DNA of 64,000 nucleotides from Clostridiales bacterium (GTDB lineage Bacteria; Bacillota; Clostridia; Caldicoprobacterales; UBA3941): positions 10,374 through 74,373 of the forward strand of contig JAAYGY010000023.1 in the NCBI GenBank assembly GCA_012735575.1, written 5' to 3'. Shown here piece after piece: positions 11,307-18,920 of this stretch. A program made the translations under genes and the position numbers. Within the stretch, counting starts at the first letter, position 1; every line of letters begins with the position of its first letter. Under the pieces are notes generated by a model. The model ran no database searches, was not told the origin of the DNA, and saw only the letters and a list, made by a program, of their open reading frames with translations.

Positions 11307-12515
11307 CTATTCTATAATTACTATATCATTGACCTCTATAATATCGTTATCTTTGGCTTTCTCTATTATTGCCCAATCATCGTCTAAAGCCTTAACTTTG
11401 ACTTCTATATATTTAATATCTCCATTATGATCAATCTTGACGCCTGTTTTATTGTTTTTATAAATAATGGCTTTCCTAGGAATCATTAAACCCTCAGCCT
11501 TTATACCAATCTCAATATGTATATTGCGTACCTCTAAAACACTTTCGATACTATCTACCATCTCCAGAACAACTAAGGTTGAATCATCAATATAATCAAC
11601 CTTATATACTTGGGCATTTATTATTTCTTCGGATAAACCTAAAAGCTTAAGGCTAAGAGTATCACCTTGTTCATAAAAGATATTCTTATGGGGGATTAGA
11701 GATACAATATACCATTTATTAGATGATACAATTTTAAATAGGGGAATCTCTAATAGATGGTTTTCCGTGTCCGATACTAAAGGTTTATGATCTCTTAGAG
11801 ATAAAAATTGTTCTACTGTAAGGTAATCTATATCTTTAGGTGAAATTATATTCTCCAATCCATCTAATTCAAAGCTTATAAATCCAGATTCTGGTGCTTT
11901 AATTTCTATTTTCCATTCTTCTAATTTGTTCTCTATTTCTTTTTCTTGACTATATAGCTGTTCTAAATATTTACTAGTAGAATCTTTCTTATCTAAAATT
12001 TCCTTTTTTCTGTCCAGCAAGCCTCTAAGTTGATTTTCATATATCCCCATACTGTGGATTTCATCTTTTTGGATATTATATTGGATGGTATACAATATAG
12101 TATTTATATTATTCTCTATTTTTTCAAAATCGTTGTCCATTATCTCTTGAACTAAATTCTTATTTTGATAATCCCAGATCTTTTGTTTAATATTATACAA
12201 CTCGACTATCAACTTCGAATCATAGCCCTCTTTATATACTATTGCCAATAACTCATCCTCTTTTACTTCCTGTCCTTTAGATACAAAGAAATCTACTTTT
12301 CCATAATACTCAGAAGTTGGATAGGCCCTTTCCTGTCTAATAACTAAACCTTGACCATGATCCCATGTAGTAATCTCTCCATATTTAACAGTATCATATA
12401 AAGGGGGGTTAATCGCTAGTGTTACAACATAATAAAAAAGAGCTAGAATCATGGCAAGGAAAATAAAAAACCTAAATCTGACTCTCCTACCGGCGAATAT
12501 AATTCTCCGTGCCAC
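11307..12515 (-). CDS. membrane-anchored HlyD-like (periplasmic adaptor fold) protein
   Basis: Basic N-terminus plus one TM helix, VSKGQEVKEDELLA lipoyl-like half, coiled coil, IKAPESG second half, and GLMIPRKAI C-terminal motif. Confidence 0.7.
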   Translation of the reverse strand: MARRIIFAGRRVRFRFFIFLAMILALFYYVVTLAINPPLYDTVKYGEITTWDHGQGLVIRQERAYPTSEYYGKVDFFVSKGQEVKEDELLAIVYKEGYDSKLIVELYNIKQKIWDYQNKNLVQEIMDNDFEKIENNINTILYTIQYNIQKDEIHSMGIYENQLRGLLDRKKEILDKKDSTSKYLEQLYSQEKEIENKLEEWKIEIKAPESGFISFELDGLENIISPKDIDYLTVEQFLSLRDHKPLVSDTENHLLEIPLFKIVSSNKWYIVSLIPHKNIFYEQGDTLSLKLLGLSEEIINAQVYKVDYIDDSTLVVLEMVDSIESVLEVRNIHIEIGIKAEGLMIPRKAIIYKNNKTGVKIDHNGDIKYIEVKVKALDDDWAIIEKAKDNDIIEVNDIVIIE

Positions 12516-12548
12516 TTAAAACTTCACCCCTTTACATAATAATTATTA

Positions 12549-12573
12549 CTTCTCTACAAAAACAAAAAATCCT
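12549..12573 (-). promoter_or_regulatory. candidate SigH promoter of the hlyD-like-yggS-sepF-divIVA cluster
   Basis: AGGA-N17-GAAG against the SigH consensus AGGA-N17-GAAT. Confidence 0.45.
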
Positions 12574-12656
12574 CCCAAAATTAGAAAATACTTTGTAGGG
12601 AGTTATATAAAAACAAAAATGACAAATACAAGAGCATACCGTGACAGTTAAATCTA

Positions 12657-13082
12657 TTATTTGGGGCATATGGTTTTTGTGATTTTTACTTGATTACCAT
12701 TTTCATTGAACTGTATTTTACTACATAAGGCATTGACCAACATCAAGCCTCTTCCCCCTTCGGACATCTTAAGACTATCACATTCAGGAGGATGTTGATA
12801 AAATTTCTTATAATCAAATCCCTGACCTTCATCTTTAATAAAAATATCCAAAGTAGTTGAATCTACTTCTTCAATTGCAACATTAACTTTTTTATTACAA
12901 AATCCCTTATTTCCGTGTAAAATTCCATTGGAAATAAGTTCGTTTAAAACTAAACGAAACTCAAAATACTCATCCTCATTTAATGGATTCCATGCATTAA
13001 TACAATCCATCATTTCATTGATTAATTTTCTCACTTTTAAAGGATTGCTCCCAGTAATCTGTTTTTTAAAGAGCAGTTTCAC
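12657..13082 (-). CDS. RsbW/SpoIIAB-like serine kinase (HATPase_c_2), catalytic motifs intact
   Basis: N-box NELISNGILH, G1 DEGQGF and G2 EGGRGL. Probable start GTG 13082 after GGAGGT; track starts at 13115. Confidence 0.85.
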   Translation of the reverse strand: MKLLFKKQITGSNPLKVRKLINEMMDCINAWNPLNEDEYFEFRLVLNELISNGILHGNKGFCNKKVNVAIEEVDSTTLDIFIKDEGQGFDYKKFYQHPPECDSLKMSEGGRGLMLVNALCSKIQFNENGNQVKITKTICPK

Positions 13083-13116
13083 CAACTTTACCTCCACATA
13101 CTTAATAGTATACATT

Positions 13117-13164
13117 AATTAATTATTATATTTTTACCACAATTAATTATTATATTTTTACCAC
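13117..13164. repeat. perfect 24-bp tandem duplication
   Basis: AATTAATTATTATATTTTTACCAC at 13117-13140 and again at 13141-13164. Confidence 0.97.
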
Positions 13165-13183
13165 TTTTACAATGATATAAAAC
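13158..13183 (-). promoter_or_regulatory. candidate SigB-type promoter for the downstream kinase gene
   Basis: Minus strand GTTTTA-N14-TGGTAA against the SigB consensus GTTTWW-N12-14-GGGWAW. Confidence 0.5.
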
Positions 13184-13210
13184 ATTGAATGATCGAATTG
13201 AGTCTTATTC

Positions 13211-13972
13211 TTATATAGTTCTCTTTATATAGGATCTAAATCGCTCCAATAGTCTCCGTTCCATTCGGGAAATATACATTTGAGACACTCCAATCTCTTC
13301 AGCTATCTCTCTTTGGCTACGTTCATTGTAAAAACGTTCATAAAGTACCTTTTTTTCTGTATCTCCCAAACCAGACATGATTTTTTCTATGACGTCTCTA
13401 TCCTCCACTAAAGAATAATTCTTTTCTTCCTTGCCAACCATTGCCATTAAATCAGTTTCGTTATTTTCATCAATATAATAGTCTAAGGAAGCAGTATTAG
13501 TAAGATAACTGGACTCCATAAGCTCTAAAACTTCTTCAGTGGAAATATTTAGATATTCACCAATCTCTTCTGGCTTGGGACTTCGTCCTAATTGATTGGA
13601 TAAATGTGCTTTGGCACTTTCTACTTTTTTTATCATTTCGCTTTCTTTGCGTGGTAAACGTATTATCCGGCTCTTGTCTCGAAAATGATTTTTAATTTCT
13701 CCAATTATGGTAGGTGTGGCAAAACTTGAAAACTTATATCCTCTGTTTATATCAAAACGTTCCAAAGCCTTTATCAAGGCCAAAGAGGCCACTTGAAATA
13801 AATCGTCGTATTCAACTCCTCTATTGACAAATTTTTTGGCGATTATTTCTGCAATATAAAGATAATGCTGGACTAGCTCATTTCTAAGATTAATATCACG
13901 AGTTTCAGAATATTCTCTAAGTAGTCTTTCTATATTATCATTTTCGGTCGCATTATTTCTTTTTGCACTCAT
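13211..13972 (-). CDS. sigB: SigB/SigF/SigG family sigma factor, SigB-like
   Basis: DDLFQVASLALIKALERFD, FATPTIIGEIK.HFRDK and SQREIAEEIGVSQMYISR motifs; gene order rsbV-rsbW-sigma. Confidence 0.8.
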   Translation of the reverse strand: MSAKRNNATENDNIERLLREYSETRDINLRNELVQHYLYIAEIIAKKFVNRGVEYDDLFQVASLALIKALERFDINRGYKFSSFATPTIIGEIKNHFRDKSRIIRLPRKESEMIKKVESAKAHLSNQLGRSPKPEEIGEYLNISTEEVLELMESSYLTNTASLDYYIDENNETDLMAMVGKEEKNYSLVEDRDVIEKIMSGLGDTEKKVLYERFYNERSQREIAEEIGVSQMYISRMERRLLERFRSYIKRTI

Positions 13973-13975
13973 TAA

Positions 13976-14374
13976 TCAATTAGACCCCCCACAACCTTTA
14001 TGCATACATACTGCCCTCATTATACCATTATCAGTTTTAAATTCTACATTATCCATCATAGAGCCTAAAATATATCTACTTAACTGGGCCTGGTCTATAT
14101 CTTGCACTGATACATTGCTTTCTACCCATTCTCCTTGTCCAGAAATATCAATATGAATCTCTTCATTTAAATTTTCAAATCTTATCAATAGCTCCATAGG
14201 CCTTACTACCTGATTAAGAACAAGTATTATTGCTTCTGCCACTGACATTTTTATATCCTCTATTTGATCAATATCAAAGCCTAATCTGCTGGCAAAAGCT
14301 GCACTGGTTAAACGTGCCACCATTACATATTCTGGCTTAGCAGGTACTGTCAAAGTAATAATATCATTGCTCAT
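13976..14374 (-). CDS. rsbW: RsbW-like anti-sigma factor with degenerate kinase motifs
   Basis: N-terminus typical of RsbW (VPAKPEYVMVARL...GFDIDQIEDIK.SVAEA) and position between rsbV and sigB. N, G1 and G2 boxes are lost. Confidence 0.75.
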   Translation of the reverse strand: MSNDIITLTVPAKPEYVMVARLTSAAFASRLGFDIDQIEDIKMSVAEAIILVLNQVVRPMELLIRFENLNEEIHIDISGQGEWVESNVSVQDIDQAQLSRYILGSMMDNVEFKTDNGIMRAVCMHKGCGGSN

Positions 14375-14694
14375 ACTTCTTGCACCTCTATTGTAAAAAT
14401 TTTATCAAGGCCAGTTATGACGAAAATCTTGTGTATATAAGGTTTTAGATTCTTAATGGTGATCTGACCATCATATTCCTTAACTCGTCTTAAGGCACTG
14501 ATTAAAACCCCTAGGCCTGTGCTATCAATATAGGTTAAGTTCTCACAATTTAGTATAATATTTCCAGGATGCTGCTCTATAAGTTTATGTAACCTCTCTT
14601 TTAGTTCGGGCGCATTGTATATATCAATTTCACCATCTAAAGAAATGCACCAGGTATTGGTTTCAGATTTAAATTTCTCTTTTAAAACCACCAC
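14371..14694 (-). CDS. rsbV: STAS anti-sigma factor antagonist
   Basis: GEIDIYNAP.LK and LTYIDSTGLGVLI (phosphoacceptor Ser). GTG 14694 follows AAGGAG; track starts at 14745. Confidence 0.88.
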   Translation of the reverse strand: MVVLKEKFKSETNTWCISLDGEIDIYNAPELKERLHKLIEQHPGNIILNCENLTYIDSTGLGVLISALRRVKEYDGQITIKNLKPYIHKIFVITGLDKIFTIEVQEV

Positions 14695-14791
14695 TGTAAT
14701 GCTCCTTTCTTCTTTTGTTTTTTTATAGCATATTTTTAATATCATTCTATTTATCTACAATGGACTTTTTCTTGAATCAAATATTATAAAT

Positions 14792-14800
14792 ATTATACCA
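14792..14800 (-). promoter_or_regulatory. extended -10 SigA promoter candidate for rsbV-rsbW-sigB
   Basis: Minus strand TGGTATAAT (TGnTATAAT). Confidence 0.45.
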
Positions 14801-14939
14801 CAAAATATATTCATTTTGTTTATGAGTTAAACTATATTAGAATTATATTATTAACTAAAAATATTATATAAACGATAAATGATGTAATCAAACATTTTTT
14901 GCTCTATAAAGGTCAGCTAAAAAATTTTTGATAAAGGGC

Positions 14940-14968
14940 TTGACATAATTAGTGAAATATTGTATAGT
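14940..14968 (+). promoter_or_regulatory. SigA promoter of the tRNA operon
   Basis: TTGACA-N17-TATAGT followed by GC-rich CGTCGCCCG. Confidence 0.75.
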
Positions 14969-14997
14969 ATAATTCGTCGCCCGAAAGCATAAAGTAA

Positions 14998-15074
14998 CGG
15001 GGTGTAGCGCAGTTTGGTAGCGCACGTGCTTTGGGAGCATGGGGCCGGGGGTTCAAATCCCTCCACCCCGACCA
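14998..15074 (+). tRNA. tRNA-Pro(TGG)
   Basis: Cloverleaf CGGGGTG/CACCCCG, anticodon loop TTTGGGA, TTCAAAT, encoded CCA. Confidence 0.97.
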
Positions 15075-15092
15075 TTATAGCTTTCGATTTGT

Positions 15093-15167
15093 GGCCCCTT
15101 GGTCAAGCGGTTAAGACACCGCCCTTTCACGGCGGTAACAGGGGTTCGAGTCCCCTAGGGGTCACCA
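15093..15167 (+). tRNA. tRNA-Glu(TTC)
   Basis: GGCCCCT/AGGGGTC acceptor, anticodon stem CCGCC/GGCGG with loop CTTTCAC, CCA. Confidence 0.97.
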
Positions 15168-15175
15168 TAATTTAA

Positions 15176-15252
15176 GGGCCTTTAGCTCAGTTGGTTAGAG
15201 CAACCGGCTCATAACCGGTCGGTCCGGGGTTCGAGTCCCTGAAGGCCCACCA
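15176..15252 (+). tRNA. tRNA-Ile2(CAT), lysidine type (not Met)
   Basis: CAT anticodon in GGCTCATAACC context and GGGCCTTTAGCTCAG 5' end resemble Firmicute tRNA-Ile2 rather than elongator or initiator Met. Confidence 0.85.
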
Positions 15253-15263
15253 TTTTTCATATT

Positions 15264-15340
15264 GGCCCGGTAGTTCAGTTGGTTAGAATGCCAGCCTGTC
15301 ACGCTGGAGGTCGAGGGTTCGAGTCCCTTCCGGGTCGCCA
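15264..15340 (+). tRNA. tRNA-Asp(GTC)
   Basis: Anticodon loop CTGTCAC, TTCGAGT, CCA. Confidence 0.97.
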
Positions 15341-15348
15341 TATTTTTT

Positions 15349-15424
15349 GCCTCGGTAGCTCAGTTGGTAGAGCAGCAGACTGAAAATCTGCGTGTCGGTG
15401 GTTCGATTCCGCCCCGAGGCACCA
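15349..15424 (+). tRNA. tRNA-Phe(GAA)
   Basis: GCCTCGG/CCGAGGC acceptor, loop CTGAAAA, CCA. Confidence 0.97.
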
Positions 15425-15453
15425 TCTATTTTGTGTAAGTATTATAAAGATAT

Positions 15454-15541
15454 GCGAAAGTGGCGGAATTGGCAGACGCGCTAGATTCAGGTTCTAGTGA
15501 ACAATAAGTTCATGGGGGTTCGACTCCCCCCTTTCGCACCA
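15454..15541 (+). tRNA. tRNA-Leu(CAG)
   Basis: GCGAAAG/CTTTCGC acceptor, loop TTCAGGT, long variable arm TGAAC-aataa-GTTCA, CCA. Confidence 0.96.
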
Positions 15542-15545
15542 AACC

Positions 15546-15571
15546 AAGGGTTGCTTAAATGCAACCCTTTT
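15546..15571. terminator. terminator between the convergent tRNA operon and cheR
   Basis: AAGGGTTGC-ttaaat-GCAACCCTT followed by TT. Confidence 0.8.
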
Positions 15572-15579
15572 AAATTTAA

Positions 15580-16353
15580 CTATATTTTTTTATAGAAAAA
15601 AGTTTGAACTGATTTAAGATTATATCTTTGAGGAAAGATAATCTGTTCAGTACTGCCTACAAATAATATTCCGTCCTTTGCTAGAGCATCATGAAATTTT
15701 AAGTAGAGTTGGCTCTTTGCTTCTTCAGTGAAATAAATTAATACATTTCGACATATGATTAAATGACAATTATTCGGAAAGGGATCAACTAAAAGATTAT
15801 GACGTTTAAATTCAACTCTTTGCTTTATTCTATCGTCTATCTTGTATAATCCATCTTTAACAGTGAAATATTTCCTTACATATTCTTTAGGCAAGGATTG
15901 AAGGCTTTTCGCAACATATATGCCCTCTTTTGCTTTCTCTAAAGCTTCTTTATCTATATCAGTTGCTAATATCTTGATTTCTTCTAGGGGAAAAAATTCA
16001 TGTAATAACATTACCATAGAGTAAGGTTCTTCTCCTGTAGAACATGCAGCGCTCCAAACTATTAATTCACCATACTTTTTTATGAGTAATGGAAGTATAT
16101 CTTTTTTTAGCACTTCCCATTGACTAGCATTCCTAAAAAATTCGGATACATTAATAGTAATATAATTTACAAAATGCTCTAATAAATCTTTGTCGGATAT
16201 TAATGCTCTATAAAATTCATCATATTGGCTGTAATTATTTCTACTTATTAATGAATCAATCCTTCTCTTCATCTGTCTTTCTTTGTAACAGGATAAATCA
16301 ATATTTGTCAGCTTAAAGATGGCTTTTGTAAAATCCTCATATGTCCAACTCAT
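15580..16353 (-). CDS. cheR: chemotaxis protein methyltransferase CheR
   Basis: ITINVSEFFRN, WSAACSTGEEPYS, ILATDID and ICRNVLIYF motifs. Confidence 0.93.
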   Translation of the reverse strand: MSWTYEDFTKAIFKLTNIDLSCYKERQMKRRIDSLISRNNYSQYDEFYRALISDKDLLEHFVNYITINVSEFFRNASQWEVLKKDILPLLIKKYGELIVWSAACSTGEEPYSMVMLLHEFFPLEEIKILATDIDKEALEKAKEGIYVAKSLQSLPKEYVRKYFTVKDGLYKIDDRIKQRVEFKRHNLLVDPFPNNCHLIICRNVLIYFTEEAKSQLYLKFHDALAKDGILFVGSTEQIIFPQRYNLKSVQTFFYKKI

Positions 16354-16418
16354 TGATAAAACCCCTTATCCATTTTAAAATTTTATATATGCTTGTATAG
16401 TCTATCATAAAATTGCAT

Positions 16419-16446
16419 AAAAAAAAAGCCGTGATTAACACGGCTT
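16419..16446 (-). terminator. intrinsic terminator downstream of ispH-rpsA / candidate sRNA
   Basis: AAGCCGTG-ttaat-CACGGCTT continuing into a T9 tract. Confidence 0.88.
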
Positions 16447-16480
16447 CATGTAAAGGGGGTCTCAATGTGTTTGTGAGGTC
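16419..16480 (-). ncRNA. candidate ~60-nt small RNA with exposed anti-SD/anti-start sequence
   Basis: Preceded by GCATA-N17-AATAATA (SigG consensus), contains CAAACACAUUGAGACCCCCUUU and ends in a strong terminator. Boundaries inferred. Confidence 0.45.
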
Positions 16481-16538
16481 ATTTATATTATTAACCATAT
16501 AGTTTTTTTTATGCAAAATAAATATTAATTAATCTAAA

Positions 16539-18803
16539 TTAATTAAAGTCTTCTGGGAAAAACTCACCTAAAGTAATAGTCATGTCTTCTTTTTGAAACT
16601 GTTCCTGTTTTTCTTTTGCCATTGGTGGCTGTGATTTTGCCTCTTCTTTGGGCAATAGTTCTCTAATACTTAAGCTTATTCTTCTGGTTTCAGAGTTGGA
16701 ATCCAATACTTTGGCATTGATTTCTTGTCCAATGCTAAGCTCGTCTTCTACTTTCTGTATTCTTTTATTGGAAACTTGTGAAATATGGACTAATCCATCT
16801 ACTCCTGGCTCTAGCTCAATAAAAGCACCAAAGGAAGTAATACGTACCACTTTTCCTCTTACAGTTGAACCAACAGGATATTTTTCTTCTACATTATCCC
16901 AAGGATGGGGCAAAGTCTGCTTATAACCTAATGAAATCCTTTCATTTTCCTTGTCTACAGATAATACAACTACTTCAACATTTTCATCTTCGCTTAAAAC
17001 CTCATTAGGATGCTTTACATGTCCCCAAGATAGGTCAGAGATATGAATAAGACCGTCAACTCCTCCAATGTCTACAAAAGCCCCAAAGTTAGTCAAACGC
17101 TTAACTACTCCCTTTATTCTCTGGCCTTCTTCTAGTGAATCAAATAGTTTATGACGTCTTGCTTCTTCTTCAGCTTCTAATATTACTCTCTGAGAAGCTA
17201 CTACTCTTCTACGGCTTCTCTCTAATTCAATTATTCTAAGACGTAAAGTTTGACCCACAAAGGTGCTAAGATCCTCAACATATCTATTTGAAAGTTGAGA
17301 AGCAGGTACAAAAGCACGGATACCATTAATTCTGGCTATTACTCCACCTTTTACAGCTTCAGTACATACAGCTTTAAATTCTTCTTGGTTTCTAAACCCA
17401 TTTTCGATAGCTTTCCACGCTTGTCTTCTTTCTACCGATTTACGTGACAGGACTACATTTCCTTCTCCGTCATTTACTTTAAGAACCTCCACTTCTGCTT
17501 CGTCACCAGGCTTAAATACATCAAGGGGAGTCTGGCCTTCCTCTAAGCTTATTTCATCGACAGGTAATATTCCGTCTGATTTATATCCTACATTTATTAT
17601 GACCTCTGATGGATTAACAGACAGCACTTTCCCTTTTACAATCTGGCCAGGTCTAAGGGAGACCATTGTTTCTTCAAATCCTTCCATGGTAGTGACTTCA
17701 TCTGTTGTCTTCTCAGTTTTTTCGGTGGTTTCAACATTTTCATTAGCTGAATCATTATCACTTTCGGCAGTTATTTCGTTATCAGATTTTTCTTCAGAAA
17801 TAGTTTCTTCAGAAGTTTCTTCGATGGTGATTCCTGCATGATTTGATTCTTTATTTGAATCAACCTGTTGGGTTTCATCTGCTTTAATATTTTTTTCTTC
17901 AGCTGTTTCTGTATCATTAACCACCTTTTGTGTTTCATTTATAGCTTCGTTAATTCTTTCTTTGCTATTTTCATCAAATACGTTCATCTTTTCAATTACC
18001 TCCTTGATGATCCAATCAGGTGTAGAAGCGCCGGCTGTAACACCCACTACATCCTGTGAATCAAAAACACTAAAATCAATATCATCTACTGTTTCAATAG
18101 CAAATGTATTTTCACAGTATGATTTACATATATTATATAATTTTTTTGTATTGGAGCTGTTTTTGCCACCAATGACCAACATAACATCAACGGCCTTGGC
18201 AATAGATTCGGCTTCTTTTTGACGCTCAGCTGTAGCATAGCAAATGGTATTATATTCTGTTAAATCTTTTACCTTATGTTTTAGTTGATTTACAAGCTCA
18301 TCCCATTTACTAAGTGCTGTAGTAGTCTGAGCTACAACACAGGCCTTATCAAAGTCTGGCAGCCTCTTTACATCCTCTATATTATTTATAACATAAGCTT
18401 GATTATCGCACCAACCTTTTATACCTATAACCTCAGGATGATTATTTTCCCCTATTATTATAATTTCATATCCATTTTTGTGATGTTTTTCCACCAACTT
18501 ATGAATACGCTTAACGTAAGGGCAGGTAGCATCAATATATTCTAATTCTTTTGAGGCGATTTGATCATAAATTTCTTTTCCCACTCCATGGGAGCGAATT
18601 ACTACCTTTCCTTCTGCAACATCTTCAACTGTTTCAGCAACTCTAACCCCCTTTTTATTAAGTTCCTCTACAACTGATGGATTATGAATAATAGGCCCCA
18701 AGGTGTATAGGGGAAGAGCTTGATCAAGGTTTTCGTACACAGAATCAATAGCGCGTCTTACTCCAAAACAAAAACCGGCATTGGGTGCCAAAATTATTTT
18801 CAA
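16539..18803 (-). CDS. ispH: bifunctional 4-hydroxy-3-methylbut-2-enyl diphosphate reductase / ribosomal protein S1
   Basis: IspH Fe-S cysteines GFCFGV, DATCPYV and NTICYAT, plus VTAGASTP. A ~100-aa acidic linker is followed by four S1 repeats (YKSDG, FVPASQ, GLIHISD, GLVHISQ). TTG start. Confidence 0.96.
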   Translation of the reverse strand: MKIILAPNAGFCFGVRRAIDSVYENLDQALPLYTLGPIIHNPSVVEELNKKGVRVAETVEDVAEGKVVIRSHGVGKEIYDQIASKELEYIDATCPYVKRIHKLVEKHHKNGYEIIIIGENNHPEVIGIKGWCDNQAYVINNIEDVKRLPDFDKACVVAQTTTALSKWDELVNQLKHKVKDLTEYNTICYATAERQKEAESIAKAVDVMLVIGGKNSSNTKKLYNICKSYCENTFAIETVDDIDFSVFDSQDVVGVTAGASTPDWIIKEVIEKMNVFDENSKERINEAINETQKVVNDTETAEEKNIKADETQQVDSNKESNHAGITIEETSEETISEEKSDNEITAESDNDSANENVETTEKTEKTTDEVTTMEGFEETMVSLRPGQIVKGKVLSVNPSEVIINVGYKSDGILPVDEISLEEGQTPLDVFKPGDEAEVEVLKVNDGEGNVVLSRKSVERRQAWKAIENGFRNQEEFKAVCTEAVKGGVIARINGIRAFVPASQLSNRYVEDLSTFVGQTLRLRIIELERSRRRVVASQRVILEAEEEARRHKLFDSLEEGQRIKGVVKRLTNFGAFVDIGGVDGLIHISDLSWGHVKHPNEVLSEDENVEVVVLSVDKENERISLGYKQTLPHPWDNVEEKYPVGSTVRGKVVRITSFGAFIELEPGVDGLVHISQVSNKRIQKVEDELSIGQEINAKVLDSNSETRRISLSIRELLPKEEAKSQPPMAKEKQEQFQKEDMTITLGEFFPEDFN

Positions 18804-18846
18804 AAAACTACCTCTTTTCTAAAGGGAAGTATCCCTACTTATTATT

Positions 18847-18871
18847 TTTCGCTATAATAAAATTAAATCCT
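18847..18871 (-). promoter_or_regulatory. candidate SigH-like promoter upstream of ispH-rpsA
   Basis: AGGA-N17-GAAA. Confidence 0.35.
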
Positions 18872-18920
18872 TCTTTTTTTTAAAAAAATATAAATTTACT
18901 TGAAGTTGTTACTAAAAATT

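Noticed and set aside
13117-13164. 24-bp direct repeat as a possible CRISPR
   Set aside because: Only two abutting copies, with no spacer, no leader and no cas genes.
12657-15541. sigB locus as an island integrated at the tRNA cluster
   Set aside because: It abuts the tRNA 5' side. There is no duplicated tRNA 3' end, no integrase and no obvious composition shift.
16452-16476. + strand AAAGGGGG-N5-ATG TGT TTG TGA mini-ORF (M-C-L)
   Set aside because: Three codons and no + strand promoter. It is better read as the complement of the candidate sRNA's anti-SD segment.
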